A stretch of DNA of 62,926 nt, the filler included, from Olpidium bornovanus S191 (taxonomy: Eukaryota > Fungi > Olpidiomycota), in assembly GCA_017911155.1 (NCBI GenBank). It is 30 parts of 30 records of this genome, joined end to end, with 100 filler letters (N's around TTAATTAATTAA, not from the genome) between each part and the next. Parts side by side here need not be neighbours in the genome. Positions count along the whole stretch, not along the records: positions 10,242 to 12,510 come from JAEFCI010008604.1; positions 12,611 to 15,460 come from JAEFCI010000141.1; positions 15,561 to 16,813 come from JAEFCI010011759.1; positions 16,914 to 18,954 come from JAEFCI010010207.1; positions 19,055 to 21,080 come from JAEFCI010011505.1; positions 21,181 to 23,119 come from JAEFCI010009826.1; 24 more parts are not named here. One strand, given 5' to 3'. A program made the translations under genes and the position numbers. The notes under the pieces were generated by a model. It had not been told where the DNA came from. It made no database searches and worked only from the letters and a program-made list of their open reading frames with translations. This document shows positions 10,790-23,219 of this stretch, in pieces (within the stretch, counting starts at the first letter, position 1; every line of letters begins with the position of its first letter).

Positions 10790-12468
10790 TCACAACAGAA
10801 ACTGGCGGAGGAAATTCGTAAACGAGACGATACCACACGCGTCGAATACTTTGACAGCAAAGGGTTTTCCCCGCGTCACGTCAATTCTCCTGGTCCCAGG
10901 CGAGGACGGATAGGAAGAGGTTAGGTGAGGTCGGCAAGGACGTGGATGCGGCAGCGACTGCAGATGCCTGCAGGCGGGCCAAAACCAAAACTTCCCAAAA
11001 CGGCGCGCATACCAAACCGTACCCCTTTCAAAGGTCAAACGGCACCATTCTGAGTATCGTGTTACCTCGTTCTTACTTGCGAACGAGCCTCGGTATACAT
11101 GTACAAAACTAGCATCGCAAAACAAGCAAAGCGACTGAACGACCGCCGCGCTCGGCTGGGTATCTAGGTCGTTGGTGGAGGCACAGGTACGTGGGGCGTG
11201 CCAGGGAAGGTTGCGGGATCGTAACCAGAAAGGGTCAGATATTTTTAGATATGATTGACCGGAGGACTGCATGCTACCCCGCGTGAAGGGGTTGGAGGTA
11301 TGGGGGGGGGGATTAGGTGATTGGGATATGATCCCTGATGTAACTGGAAGTGTCACACTTTCCTTGAAGGCAACAGACTCCGGAAGCCTTCGTCAATCAT
11401 GTCAAGCCAAACGTCTACGTCGTAAAAGGCCGTGACAACTGCACGAGCGACGGAGTCCACCTTCCCTAAACGGAATTCCTCAACTGCATCCGCTAGCCGA
11501 AGGGATTTGAGCGGTGGACCCTCGCGCTTCGCCAGCGAAACCCTCATGCGCCAGTCCGCAGGCACGGGCGACGACGAAGGAGTTCCCCAGAAACTGGGAG
11601 GAGCCAGTGCCGCATGCCGGCCAGTGGACGCCGGGCCAGGAGCTACAGAAATAGCGGTGTTGTAGCCTTGCATTGCGATAGGATCACTTCGGATGCCCCC
11701 CCCACCAATCGTGGATTTCGGCTGAAATTGAGGTTTCGAAGTGCCCGGGCTAGGTAGCAGTCTACTGGATGTATACGCGATGGGTATCTCTGGTACATCA
11801 ACTGTCATTCTGGTCTAAAGAAAACGAGAGCGCATGGAAGCAATGGTGGTAAGTGTACAGTCAAATTCAACGCATCCGTGACAGACGAAACGGCAGTAAA
11901 ACCTTCGCAGCGATGAAGAGAAGCTTACTTTGAAGCTCCACTGCCCGGACTTGCCCACCATACTGGTGCTGGCAGCGCGCTTTCTTCCGGTCGGGACGCC
12001 GGTGGTTGTTGCCTTGAACGGGCCCAGAGTTCTCTGAGTGTCGACTGCATCCGAATCAAAACTCCTTTCGTTGTCAGCAGCGGCCGTCCTCGGCTGCCAC
12101 CCAAATCCCGCTGAACCAGGCGGCCATCCGGCAGCCATTACAAATCCGTGGTTGACGGTATCGGAGCGGCTCTTGCGGGAGTGCTTTCCCAGCACACGGG
12201 AGGGCTGCAGACCAATGCCAACTACGCCTGCGTCCAACAGCGGCGTTCGCTGCGGAGTGCCGTAGGAAAGTGCTGGCGATGTAAATTTGTCTTCGGCAGA
12301 GAACGAGTGGGGGAAATCGATGATGGGCTTGGGAAATTGAAAATCGCGATGGGAGCCGGGCGGATGGCCGTCTTGGAGTTCCGCAGTCGTTGTCTCCGAT
12401 TGTCCGCTCGTTTGTGACGGGCGAGGTTGCTGCGTATCACGCGAACGCATCGTCGGGGTAATTGTCAC
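10790..12468 (-). CDS. Hypothetical spliced protein with long disordered S/P/T-rich N-terminal half
   Basis: Three consecutive minus-strand ORFs (11815-12468, 11353-11808, 10790-11356), with a GTAAGC donor after WSFK and a TTTAG acceptor near 11817. A GKPFAVKVF segment is weakly kinase-like. Confidence 0.4.
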
Positions 12469-12610
12469 TACATCCCCCTCTTTGAATATGGTCGACTTAG
12501 GAGAAACATGNNNNNNNNNNNNNNNNNNNNNNNNNNNNNNNNNNNNNNNNNNNNTTAATTAATTAANNNNNNNNNNNNNNNNNNNNNNNNNNNNNNNNNN
12601 NNNNNNNNNN

Positions 12611-14248
12611 CAGATTTCCCCGTAGTCTGCCTTCCTTCCCTTTCAACCGTGCCCGGATAGACTTCAACTATAGTAATTTCAGGGTCCGTGTAAGAAGTGT
12701 TTCCCAGTTTTAGAAAATATAATATTACATGGCCAAAACAACACTCACGGGTCGGCCGGACTTTTGCAGTGCTTGCGGCGATCCGGCGCCTTCGTTGTTA
12801 ATCATAGTATTTACATGGAACTACGAACATTTTGGTGGCGTTAGTGTCTTGTGTGCTGTGGGGCTCACAAGCGACAGGTTGACGCTCACTTGAAGCAAAT
12901 TAGAGAACTCTTCGATAATGTGAGCAGGCGCGCCCTCAGTCTCGCATCTTTTCACATTTGCATTGGCTTTCAATATGTCCGAAAGCTTATGTGTCAGGTC
13001 GTCCTCCCCACGAGAACTGCCGTCCATTTGTATGCTCGGCCTGACAGGGGGGGGAGCTACGGCCAACACCGTGATTATCATCCACTCCGGCCGGGCGAAG
13101 TCCGGGTTCATCCCCATCGCCTCGATGTCCTCGTCAGATATCCGTTTCAGAATAGACAATACCGTTGACGCCGTCAGCGGCTGCCTCCCTTCACTTTCCT
13201 CTTCCTGCATCAGAGCAGGCGGACGCAATCAATGTTTAAATTGCGCGATGGTATCAACTTCATCCAGCAGAGGTACGCGTACCGCGCCATACCTCCGTTT
13301 TGGCGGTGTACTCATACAGGAACCGCGGACCCTCTCTTCGGAAAATCGGTTGTCTGTGCCCGCAACCGCCATGCGGCTTCTTTTTTGGCTTTGTGTTTCG
13401 GACAATATCTTCCATAATCTCCTCTGGTAACCCCGTGGGAAATTGTGGTTGATGCTGGTCCTCCTCCAGCTCGTCGCCGCCGGCGCAGACCATTTTCGTT
13501 GATGCAAGAGTGTGAACGGCATTGAACCGCGCCCGCAAATTTCGTATTTGGCGAGCCTTTACAAAGCGCGGGTCGGACTTGTGGTTTGGTCACACGACAT
13601 GGAGGCAGAGGCCAATTGCGAGTGTAGACGTCGGCGTTGTTATGACATGCGGTGTCTTGCCCCCTCTGAAAAAAAAAAAACAAAAAGGAGGGGATGTCTT
13701 ACGTCGTCTACTTTCAGCTTTGAGCAATTGAAGCACACACATTCGAGTATCTTCTTCACTTTCCCCATGAAGCCTGACGGGCCGAGATACAAACGCAAAA
13801 TGCCGCAGCCGGTAAATCGACAATTCTTTGAGGAACCCGTGACGAGCGATCCGCGGGTTGCGGGTTCGCTGGAGAGGGGCTCCGTAGAGGAGACGAAGGA
13901 CACGCTTCGCAAAAAAATTTATCCCTTCCGGGAGAACCCGTGCCAATCGTCTTTTCTGCAGCTCTTACCGATGTGAAAGACTGGCTTCGCCAATTCAATA
14001 TGGGCAAAATGGCCAGGGCATTCCGACATGGATTCACCACAAGAAAGGCATTTAAAGTTCCTGTCGACGGTACCGGTCCTCGGATCGAGGAGACCCCCTT
14101 CTTTTGGCTTGTGGCCCGTTTCATCCATGGTCTCTGGATATTCAACCTTTGCCACAGACATGGCCTTGGCTTCTTCCGGAGACAGAATGCCGAACTGCAC
14201 TACTTTCACGCGCCGGAGGAGCGCGGACGAGGGAGTGAAGAAAGCCAT
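12611..14248 (-). CDS. RPB1: RNA polymerase II largest subunit, N-terminal regions A-C (3' partial, spliced)
   Basis: [10 protein letters not shown]...GGLLDPRTG...[28 protein letters not shown]; [16 protein letters not shown]; HGGCG; [10 protein letters not shown]...PVRPS...[15 protein letters not shown]; QALQKSGRP; [17 protein letters not shown]. Confidence 0.97.
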
Positions 14249-14983
14249 GACCGAATCCGAGAGGTTTCCAGCGGTCGAGGAAACGCCCGGCGGCGACGCG
14301 GTTGTCGTCCACCAACTACTCCGAACTGCGGTTCAAAGCCGGCGAAAATCCAGCAAACCGGCGTTTGTCCTTCTTTCTTTGGTGCAGCACGGGAGATCAC
14401 GGTTGCTGCAGACCGCGCAGCACGCAGCCCACCCTGGTGTCACGGGCTCCGCGCGGTAGGCCCCGTCGCGCACCGCGAGCTCTCTCTTCCTCCCGTCAGA
14501 ACTTCCAAACACGCCGGCCCGACAACCGACTCGGTGGGGCAGGGGCTCCCGCTTTCCTCCTCTCCGTGCAGGCTGCATGGTGCCGACGGCGTTGCAGCGA
14601 AACACAAACAGTTCGGTTAGGGCAGAACAAGGAGCCATTCATGCCCCATACAGCAGGCGTCGGAAGACCAGGGGCAAGAGAGAGCAAGCGAGGCCGCGGG
14701 AAGCGCGGGCGGCCGTAGAGTAGCGGGGCCCTCCTCTCCGGCCGTGCCCCTCAGCCGCATCAAAACAAAGGAACCGTACATAGTCCTCGATTGCCGCGCA
14801 GGCCGGCGTCCCCTAACACACACACACGACGCGCTCGGGCAGAACCGGCTTTTACGGTCAAAAGATTTGTCGTGGGGTCGGGGAGCGGGGCAGAGAGGCA
14901 ACGAAGGAGAAAAGGCCAAAAGAAAAGGAAAAGAGAACTTGCGTGTGGGCAGGAAGCGAGAGACGGGGGCGGGGGGGGGGGGT

Positions 14984-15025
<42 letters not shown>

Positions 15026-15877
15026 GGGGGGGAAGAGCGAATGGTGGCGGCGACGGCCCCGGCAACTTGTGTTCCGCGGGCGCTCCTCTCCGGCTGCGCT
15101 TTCGGGGTTCCTCTGTGGGGCGCCCTGGGGCGTTGGGGCCCGTTTTTTTTTTTTTTTTTTTTTTTCCCCCCCTTTTTTTGGGGGGGGGGGGGGTTTTTTC
15201 CCCCCCCCCCCCCCCCCCCCCCCCCCCCGTTCCCTTTCTTTCCCTCCCCCCGCGGGCCCTGAGGGGAAGAGAGGGGGGAAGGGGGGGGGGAGGGAAGGAG
15301 GATCGGGCGGAGTTATTTAGGGGCCGGGAACGGAGGCGGCATGAGATTCCATCCGGAAGAACGCAGGGAAACACGGGCGGGTTCAACGGCGCGGATTCAC
15401 TATGGCCCTTGGGCCCTGTGGACAATGTCTACGGTGTCTCGTCTTCTCGTTTGTTCCAAGNNNNNNNNNNNNNNNNNNNNNNNNNNNNNNNNNNNNNNNN
15501 NNNNTTAATTAATTAANNNNNNNNNNNNNNNNNNNNNNNNNNNNNNNNNNNNNNNNNNNNCCCGGGCGTGGTTAGCAGCTAAGCGGATGGCACCGCGCCG
15601 CGGTCGCCGACCGTCGAGACACGCGCGCGGAGACACTCACGAGCAAATTTTTTAATGGTAGGAACAGGAAAAAAATCATGGCCCTTCGCACACACTGTTC
15701 CGATCCCAATACTAGGAAAGTTCATGAATCGCGTCACGAAACTTTCCCATCTTGGCGCAGACAAAGTTCTCGTCGGGGGCATTTCATTGGCCGTAATTTT
15801 CTTTCTGTACAGGTTTTTAGAAGACGTAGGGAGAAGGGGGAAGGCGCCGCTTAAAGGGGCGACATGGCCTGGTTTGT

Positions 15878-16324
15878 CTAGTCGAAAAGACCAAAGCCCA
15901 TGTCCTCGTCTGATTCCTCCTTCTCCTCAGCCTTCTGAAACGCACGCGGCGCGCACAAAAACAGACCGGCGTTAGCAACCGGCGCCCCTCTCAATTCTTC
16001 CGGACCGTGGTAAAAGCGTAAGGCTGCGCGGGGATCCATCCGTACCTCCTGGGCAGCAGCAGGAGCAGCGGCGGCTCCGCCGGAGGCGGCAGGTGCACCA
16101 CCCGAAGAAGTGGCCGCACCGCCGGCAGGGACTGAGGCCAGCTTCGCGAGGCCGTTGCCGATGAGGTCGGCAATGCTCTTGCCTTCAAGCTCCTTGATGA
16201 GAGCGTTAACGCGCTCGTTATCGACCTCGATGCCGCCGGCGCTGAGGAGCTTGGTAATGTCTGCAGCCTTGGGGCTAGCGTTACCACCAAGGGTAAGGAG
16301 CATGTAGGCGGCGATGAACTTCAT
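15878..16324 (-). CDS. RPP2: 60S acidic ribosomal protein P2 (complete, one intron 15935-16045, 111 aa spliced)
   Basis: [18 protein letters not shown]...[11 protein letters not shown]...KLASVPAGG...[16 protein letters not shown]. Confidence 0.98.
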   Translation of the reverse strand: MKFIAAYMLLTLGGNASPKAADITKLLSAGGIEVDNERVNALIKELEGKSIADLIGNGLAKLASVPAGGAATSSGGAPAASGGAAAAPAAAQEVRMDPRAALRFYHGPEELRGAPVANAGLFLCAPRAFQKAEEKEESDEDMGFGLFD

Positions 16325-16732
16325 TATTGCGACTAGTGGACGGAGGGCGGCGGGGCAGGGAACGTGGAGAGAGGCAAAAGGTCAGGCGAGCAAACCTCCA
16401 TGCCAACGGAACACCCTGCCGGTCCATGGCAAAACGTTGACCGGCGCGGCATGGCCAAGTTGCGCGCGCGTTGGTAACGAGAAGAACTGCGGAGGTGATA
16501 TCCCTCCCACGCTCACCCCCAACTGGGGCAAGCGTCCGGGAACGAGATGCGGGACACGACGGGACGAGACGGGACGGGAGGGGATGGGATGGGATGGGCA
16601 GCGGGCCGGGCGTAGCGAGCGTACCACGCGTCTTCCCCGTCGGGTTTCCTCGAAGCGGTTTAAGTCTCCGAAAAGACGGCAGTCGAGGTTTTCCGGCGGG
16701 TGGTGAGGGAGCGAGGGAGGCGGCGCCGACCG

Positions 16733-16782
<50 letters not shown>

Positions 16783-16913
16783 GTTTTTTTTTTTTTTTTT
16801 GGTTCAAAAAAAANNNNNNNNNNNNNNNNNNNNNNNNNNNNNNNNNNNNNNNNNNNNTTAATTAATTAANNNNNNNNNNNNNNNNNNNNNNNNNNNNNNN
16901 NNNNNNNNNNNNN

Positions 16914-17300
16914 CCATGCCATTTTCGAACGCTTTGAGCCAGCCATTTGAGAAACTAAAAGGATTATGTCTTGATAAAGGCGGTCGAAGATCTTCCCAGC
17001 GGCTTCACGCACGAGATCGCCGCTCAGATTGACGCACTCTTGATGCCTTTTAAACCATTTGCTAGGCGCGGATTCCATCATTGGATAATCGACTGCCCGC
17101 TGGTGCTTGCTGTTTGATTTTGTCTAGTCCGTGTTGAGCTTGAGCAGTTCTGCCATCTGCTTGAGAGTGTTCGAGGCTGTACCCTGGCTAACCTTGAGAT
17201 TGTGAGTTTGCCGAAGCCAGCCTACAGGTTTCTTCGGCGTCAGGTTTGGGGATTTTCTGTGTGGTGCCTGCAAAGAGCAATGCTGATGCTATCCGCGCAT
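16914..17300 (-). mobile_element. Decayed pogo/Tigger (Tc5) DNA transposase, N-terminal CENP-B/Tc5 HTH domains
   Basis: Across two frameshifts and one stop it reads IALCRHHTENP / NLTPKKPVGWLRQTHNLKVSQGTASNTLKQ...*...KHQRAVDYPMMESAPSKWFKRHQ...LSGDLVREAAGKIF / FSNGWLKAF, which includes the FSxGWL motif. Confidence 0.8.
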
Positions 17301-17613
17301 CACAGCATGATTTTCTCCTCGGGGCGGCATCTTGGTTGCGGTTGAATCGTTCGGGGGAGCGGCGCACGAGGCGCCTGGTTGCCGGTTGCGTTTTGCGTTG
17401 TGTGTTTTGGATGGATCTGGGGCGGGCGGATCCCGAGGGTGTTAAATAAGCGAGACCGGCTGGTCCGGCATCGGGACTGGCGCAGGTGCGCGGCCGTTTT
17501 TTTTTTTTTTTTTTTTTTTTCTTTTCCCGTCCGCATTTCTCATATTTCCGGCTGCCGGAAAAAGAGCGGGCCCCACCCGTGCCGACAACCGTCCTAAGCG
17601 GAGCTGCGGCAGG

Positions 17614-18954
17614 ATGGCGGTCGCGGCGGGGACCGCGGACTATGGGGGGCTGCTCGTGGCCGCATCAAGCTGCGCTTGCTGCTTAGGAGGTGAGGAAAGG
17701 ACGCACGTCTCGAAGTCAACCGGGCCGTGCAACTGGTGCTGATCACGGGCGCCCGTATTTTCCTATTTTTTTTTTTTTTTTTTCTTTTTCTTTTCGTTGC
17801 TTGTGCTCTCTGCAGCTTCCGTCGTGTTCTTCGACCGCTTCGCCAGCCGCCTCTCCTCAGGCGCGCAGCTCAACTTGGAGGGATCTCCGCGTTTCCTCGC
17901 CGCCTCACTGTCCTTGGCCTCCGGAGTTATGGTAACAAGAGATTCCCTTGCTGACACCCGTCAAATGTGCGTTAACCCGCCACGCCCGCATGTTTGACGC
18001 TTTTCCCGATCCCCTCGGCTTTGACCCTCGGTCTCCAGCTCTTTTCGGCGCTGTTCAGCCTGCTGCCGGAAGCCGTCGAGGACCTCACGAAGGCGACGCC
18101 GCGGGTGCGGAAGCGGGCGCCGCAGATCGCGGCCGCCCTGTACTTCGCCGGAGTGGCCTTCACTTTGCTCGTCAACAAAGTCGTCAGGCTGCTGACGCCG
18201 GGGAGCGCGTGCCCCTGCGACGGGCCGATCGTCGAGCGCTACGGGTCCGACCGCGCACTTTTCCGGGCCGACGAGACGCTCGCGGCCTGGGAGGAGGAGG
18301 AGGCGAACGGCGCGCCGGCTCGCAGCACGCCGCCGGCCGGAAGTCCCCGGACCGCCGTCTCGCCGGCTCGCGGCGGCGAGGCGGGCTTCGCGCCGCCCTG
18401 GCCGACGGCGCCTCTCAAGTCAGACAACGTGTACCACTGCAAAGGGCTGTACCAGGACCACGCGTTCCTTCACCAGCACCAGCACGCTCCGTGTCTGACG
18501 GTGACCGGGTGTGAGACTTTCGGCGGGAGAGGCTCGCGCCCGACGACGCCAGCCGGTTCGACCAGGTACGGGACCCTCGGAAGACGGAACTCCTGTCCGG
18601 TGAATCCCAACTTGGGCTCCGCGCCGCCCGGCGAGCACGGCCAGGAATCGCACCACTATCACCACCAGCACCACTACCCGCACCCCTACCAGAGTATATG
18701 GTACAATTGCAGCAGCAACTTCACGCTCAGCAAGCCGCCGCGCCGCGCCTGCGCGACCTCAAACTCGTCCAGCTTGCGACCGCTCATGCAGCCGCCTGCA
18801 GCCGTTAGCCTGTCGCCGCACAAGACCGTCGAGGAGGAAGACAACGCCGACGGAAGTGCCCAGACGAAAGTTATGGTTGCTCCCGACGGGCAGGACCTCC
18901 TGCCGAAATATGCGGATCCGAACAGCGATATCGAAGGCGGGAGTGAAAGCATGC
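17614..18954 (+). CDS. ZRT3: ZIP-family zinc transporter, Zrt3/ZupT-like (3' partial, spliced)
   Basis: Exons MAVAAG...LLVAASSCACCLG | ASVVFFD...PRFLAASLSLASGVM | LFSALFSLLPEA...AAALYFAGVAFTLLV, followed by a long His-rich cytosolic loop (HHYHHQHHYPHP). Confidence 0.75.
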
Positions 18955-19054
18955 NNNNNNNNNNNNNNNNNNNNNNNNNNNNNNNNNNNNNNNNNNNNTT
19001 AATTAATTAANNNNNNNNNNNNNNNNNNNNNNNNNNNNNNNNNNNNNNNNNNNN

Positions 19055-19800
19055 ATGGAGAATGGTGGACATTGTTTCGAAGACGAGCGCCGCACCGATC
19101 GAACGAAAGGCGCCGGATCTCCATTTCGCTCTCGCGCCGATGAGGATGGCGCCGCACTGCAGATGCTCGTAGACGACCCACCCGAAGATGACGAATGACC
19201 AGCACCTCATGGCGTATGGGAAATTAGAGTACGACCACTTTGGAACGAAGCAGCCAAATTTTTTTTTTGGGGGGGAGGGTTCAGAGACGGCACAGAATGG
19301 GGAGGGATGAAAGGGAGGTGCCGAATGCGATTCACGCACTCCCTAGACGTTTTCATATTCGGGGGTCTGGAGGGAACTTTTCTTACAGGATCGTAGCCGA
19401 GAATGACGCTGAGCTCGTCGCCGCCTCCTTCTGAGTCAGGAAGGCCCATTGTGCTGAATGACTGAAACTGACGTCGCACGACTTCGACAGGGTGTTTGAG
19501 AAGTCCCTTCGCCGTCTGGCCGCTTGTTGCGGCACGGAGTGGAAAGGGGGGGAACGGGAGGAGGGAGAGGGTGGACCCGGAACTTTTGGGAATGGAGGAG
19601 GGCGCGGTTTCGAAGCATCACGAGGGCGGTCGAACCTCCGGCGAGGGGGTTACTTAGCGTCGTCAAGGTTCAAAGCCGACCTAGGTACAGGGCATTATTG
19701 GCGAGGTTGACAAAAACCGTCGACGCCGGGCAAGCCCTGGTGTAGCCGACCTTCGCCAGCGTTGGACGGGAACATGCTGCTGCGAGATAGGGGATGTGTC
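19055..19800 (-). CDS. Hypothetical membrane protein fragment (spliced)
   Basis: Exon-like blocks ending in GT donors (ALYL|, LGYDP|GTAAGA) and a hydrophobic exon CFVPKWSYSNFPYAMRCWSFVIFGWVVYEHL...GAALVFETM. Family not recognised. Confidence 0.35.
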
Positions 19801-20589
19801 CATGACGATGGGAAGTTTTAGCCCCTTTTCCGCCTCCGCCTTCTCCCCCCTCCGCCCCGCTGCGTTGACAACGCGTGCGCGGCTTTTTGTCGGTCGAAAG
19901 CCGTCGTCGATTACGCCCCATTTGCCCGCTACCTCTCTCCTCCCTCTTCCCATGTTCAACTCTACAGGAAATGGATCACGGAGGAGATAGACCTGGCGTC
20001 CCGGCAAATTATTGGTGAGTCTAGGTTGGTTGCATCGTAGAATGAGCAAGCCCCTGCGAAGCACTACGGGTGCATGCCAAGAATGGACCGCCCTTTAAAA
20101 TAGACCAATCAAAATCAAAATAAAAGGCCGGGGGTCATTTCCTTTTTAGGTTCACCTAAAGACCTTGGTTATGTTTTTTACGGACAATACCAGGGAAACC
20201 CTGGAATTGGGGCGGGATCCTTGTCAACCGTGACTTTTAAAGGGCGGCGCCCGATCGAAATCAGCTAGGAATTTAACCAGGGGTGGATTCTGCTAATGCA
20301 ATAATTCTCTGGGAGGTAGAAAGTATCACTTGTTTGCTCCTTATGCATGTATGAAACAAAGTCACAAAGGATGTTCATCCAGCAGCAGGGTTGAATGGGC
20401 CGTCAGCGTGGCGGGCGCGGTATTGGAGTAAACCAGATAGCGTGGACACCGACGCGAAGGAGCTTCGTCCAGAGCTCACATGCCAGGCGGCGGGGAGCTG
20501 TTTGCAGGTCTTTTAGCTCAGGAATTTGGGCGGGCGCCGACCGGGGCCTGCTTGCAGGAGGTCCCAGGTCATAGGGACTGACTGCGACG

Positions 20590-21080
20590 CATGATCTATC
20601 CAACTCACAGCATTTTTATTGCCACCAAGAGACAGTTGGAGCGGGCCTACTACATTAGCATGGATTAATTCCAGGACATGAAAGCTCTTCTCGCAGCACA
20701 ATACTTTTGCTACGCGGTAAACTTCCTCCGTGTCTGACTGTTCTTAATTTCGGAGTGACTCGATGGGTGAGATAACCGAATGGCTTTCCACATCAAGCAT
20801 GGTTCACAGACCACATCGAGTACTGGTGGTTCAACAATTGTGATGAGTTTCGAAAGGCATAAAAGATTATCACGTCCCAAATGTGCCATGCAGCGATGCC
20901 AATCAATGAAAGTTGCAAGTGCTGCTCGGTATTAAACGTTGTTGGGGCGGGGGTTGGCGGGAGCATCTAGATGATAAAGATTTCTGCATCGTGACCCTGT
21001 CGTAATTAATTCTGACGTTGCTGCGTCGCGAATTTCGACAATGTTTGTCGTAAAGGCCACGACGGCATTGTGATCGCATG
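20590..21080 (-). mobile_element. Decayed Ty1/copia pol fragment: GAG-pre-integrase and integrase N-terminus
   Basis: VAFTTNIVEIRD...LITTGSRCRNLYHL...DWHRCMAHLGRDNL...VCEPCL (HHCC zinc finger), then LELIHANVVGPLQLSLGGNKNAVSWIDHAS (integrase core start); contains stops and frameshifts. Confidence 0.85.
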
Positions 21081-21228
21081 NNNNNNNNNNNNNNNNNNNN
21101 NNNNNNNNNNNNNNNNNNNNNNNNTTAATTAATTAANNNNNNNNNNNNNNNNNNNNNNNNNNNNNNNNNNNNNNNNNNNNACATGAGCGTCACGTCCGGC
21201 GAGTCCGCACGGAATTCCAACCATTTAC

Positions 21229-22275
21229 CTTAAACATTTTCAGCAGATTTTCTTTGGAGATGACGAGGCGTTCAAATTGTTGCTTTTCTTTTATCACTGA
21301 TTTCGCAATAGTTTCGAGGGGCGCGTAGTCGGCGGCCTCGACATTCCGGCCATCAATGTCCATCTCATAATAAAAACCTTCCTCTATAGGGGGCCCAAGA
21401 CAAAGGTGGCAGCCATAATGGCGTTCGCAAGCCTCCCCGAGGACGTGGGCGGACGAATGCCAAAATACTTCTTTTCCTGTACTCCAGGTTAACCAGACGT
21501 TTAATTAGCCCGGAAACAATTGTTCAACTTGGCAGACGACGTGAACGACAAACGAGATACCTTGGTCATGGTCAAAGGTAAGGAGCTCGAGGTTGCAGGA
21601 CTTCTCGAGCGGTCGCTCAAGGTCCCACAGTTCGCCATCAACCTTGGCGATGACAAGCTTATCTGGGAGTGACTTGGAAAGCGACTTCGCAATATCCATC
21701 GGTGAGGTTTCCCAGGAAGTTGCTACCTTCACCGCGCCATCAGGTAAAGTGACCTGAATAGGCTCCCTCGCTTTCGCTGCAGTGGCGTAACAGCAAACGA
21801 GGAAAACAAAGCTTCTGGTTAGTCGAGCAATTAAAAGCTGTTCTCAGATTCGAGTCCCCGGCAATTGCAAAGGGGCGATGGATTCGAAGCAGACGCACCA
21901 CGCAGCTCCTCGTCGGCCTTCTTCTTCAATTCGTCGTACAATTGGATCCTGTACGCAATGTACGCCGGTGGAGGATCGAGCTGTATCCGGCGCGACAGCA
22001 GCGCAGATGTCCATGACCACGTTTCGTGCGCGTCAGTCTCCCAGCACGCGGCAAAACGTCCCTCGCGGTTTACGCCACGACGGAGTGACGCGGGCAAAGC
22101 CGGTCGCGCGGGAGGTAGGTGCACCTGCTTCGTGACTCACCTCCAGCTGGTGCGGCGCGTCTGCCTTCTTGTCCTTCTTATTCTGGTGCAGCTGCTTCTT
22201 TGAAGACGCTGGCCCCCGGGCCGAGTCTTCGGCGACCTTGAGTCCTGCCATCGCGCTCTCGACTTCGCCAGCCAT
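21229..22275 (-). CDS. THS1: Cytosolic threonyl-tRNA synthetase, N-terminal TGS and editing domains (3' partial, spliced)
   Basis: [19 protein letters not shown]; IQVTLPDG...[11 protein letters not shown]...[17 protein letters not shown]; [15 protein letters not shown]...[12 protein letters not shown]. Confidence 0.97.
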
Positions 22276-23219
22276 GGTTACTGATTCCCGCCGTCCACTG
22301 TTGTCGCTGGGTGACCGGGGTGTTTGGCCGTCCACGGTGTGTGTGTCATATGCGTACCTCCTTTTAACGCCGTCAAAGGAAAACAAATTAGTCGTTCACT
22401 AACACCTCGGTGAGCTTTTCTCACTCACAGATAGCCCCAGGGTCAACTTTATGGCGAACATTTGGCTGGTAATTTGAATGGAAAACAGGTCACCTGTTAG
22501 GGTCAACTGGGCAGGAAGACTAGTAAAGCCTCCGCGAGAGGGAGCAGAAAAGAATTCTGCGAGAGACAAGCCATGTCGGATTGTCGGAAACTGCCTTCAA
22601 CTTCCTCTCCAAAGGAGGAAGAGCAGGCAACAACCACATTCACAATGTGCAGCCCGCTCACCTCTACGACTCCTCTGATCCTGCGCCGGATGCTGCAACC
22701 TCGCAGTTTCTTTCCGGACAAGCTGTCATGAGAAAAAGAGGCAGGGAGGGTAAATTTCGTCGAAAAGACTGTGCTGACCGCGGCGAAGAAATGCAGGAGG
22801 AGGTGATGGTGCTTCTTCGGCAGAGCCGCGAAACGCAGGACCGCTTGGTGGAGACAAATTGAGAGGGACCAAACCAGAGCACACGCCAGATGGATGTCCT
22901 GATTGCCTTCTCCGAGAGCTCGTACGAGAGACGAGACGTCCGAGCTCTCGTCGGCCGTCTCGCTCCCCCTCATACTCCCCGCCACCCTCGCGTTCCTAGA
23001 GCACCAATGACCCCCACAAAAATGAATCTGTCGAAATCACATTGAAATCCCCAGACTTTCACATTGTTAAAAACTCCTCTTTGTTTTATTCGTTATTTGG
23101 CCTTTCTGGCCGTGCCATGNNNNNNNNNNNNNNNNNNNNNNNNNNNNNNNNNNNNNNNNNNNNTTAATTAATTAANNNNNNNNNNNNNNNNNNNNNNNNN
23201 NNNNNNNNNNNNNNNNNNN

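Noticed and set aside
14960-15290. Alternating poly-G/T/C blocks and the resulting poly-Gly/Pro/Phe/Lys ORFs (also 24470-24560, 34730-35078, 49670-50047, 55190-55353, 57200-57346, 62140-62200)
   Set aside because: They look like stuttered, low-quality sequence next to long homopolymers, typical of read phasing loss or poly-G artefacts, and cluster at contig ends. Exact lengths and ORFs are unreliable.
22581-22970. Stop-interrupted frame resembling the coiled-coil tail of a Myb/SANT-type transposon protein
   Set aside because: The resemblance is compositional only, with no diagnostic motif.
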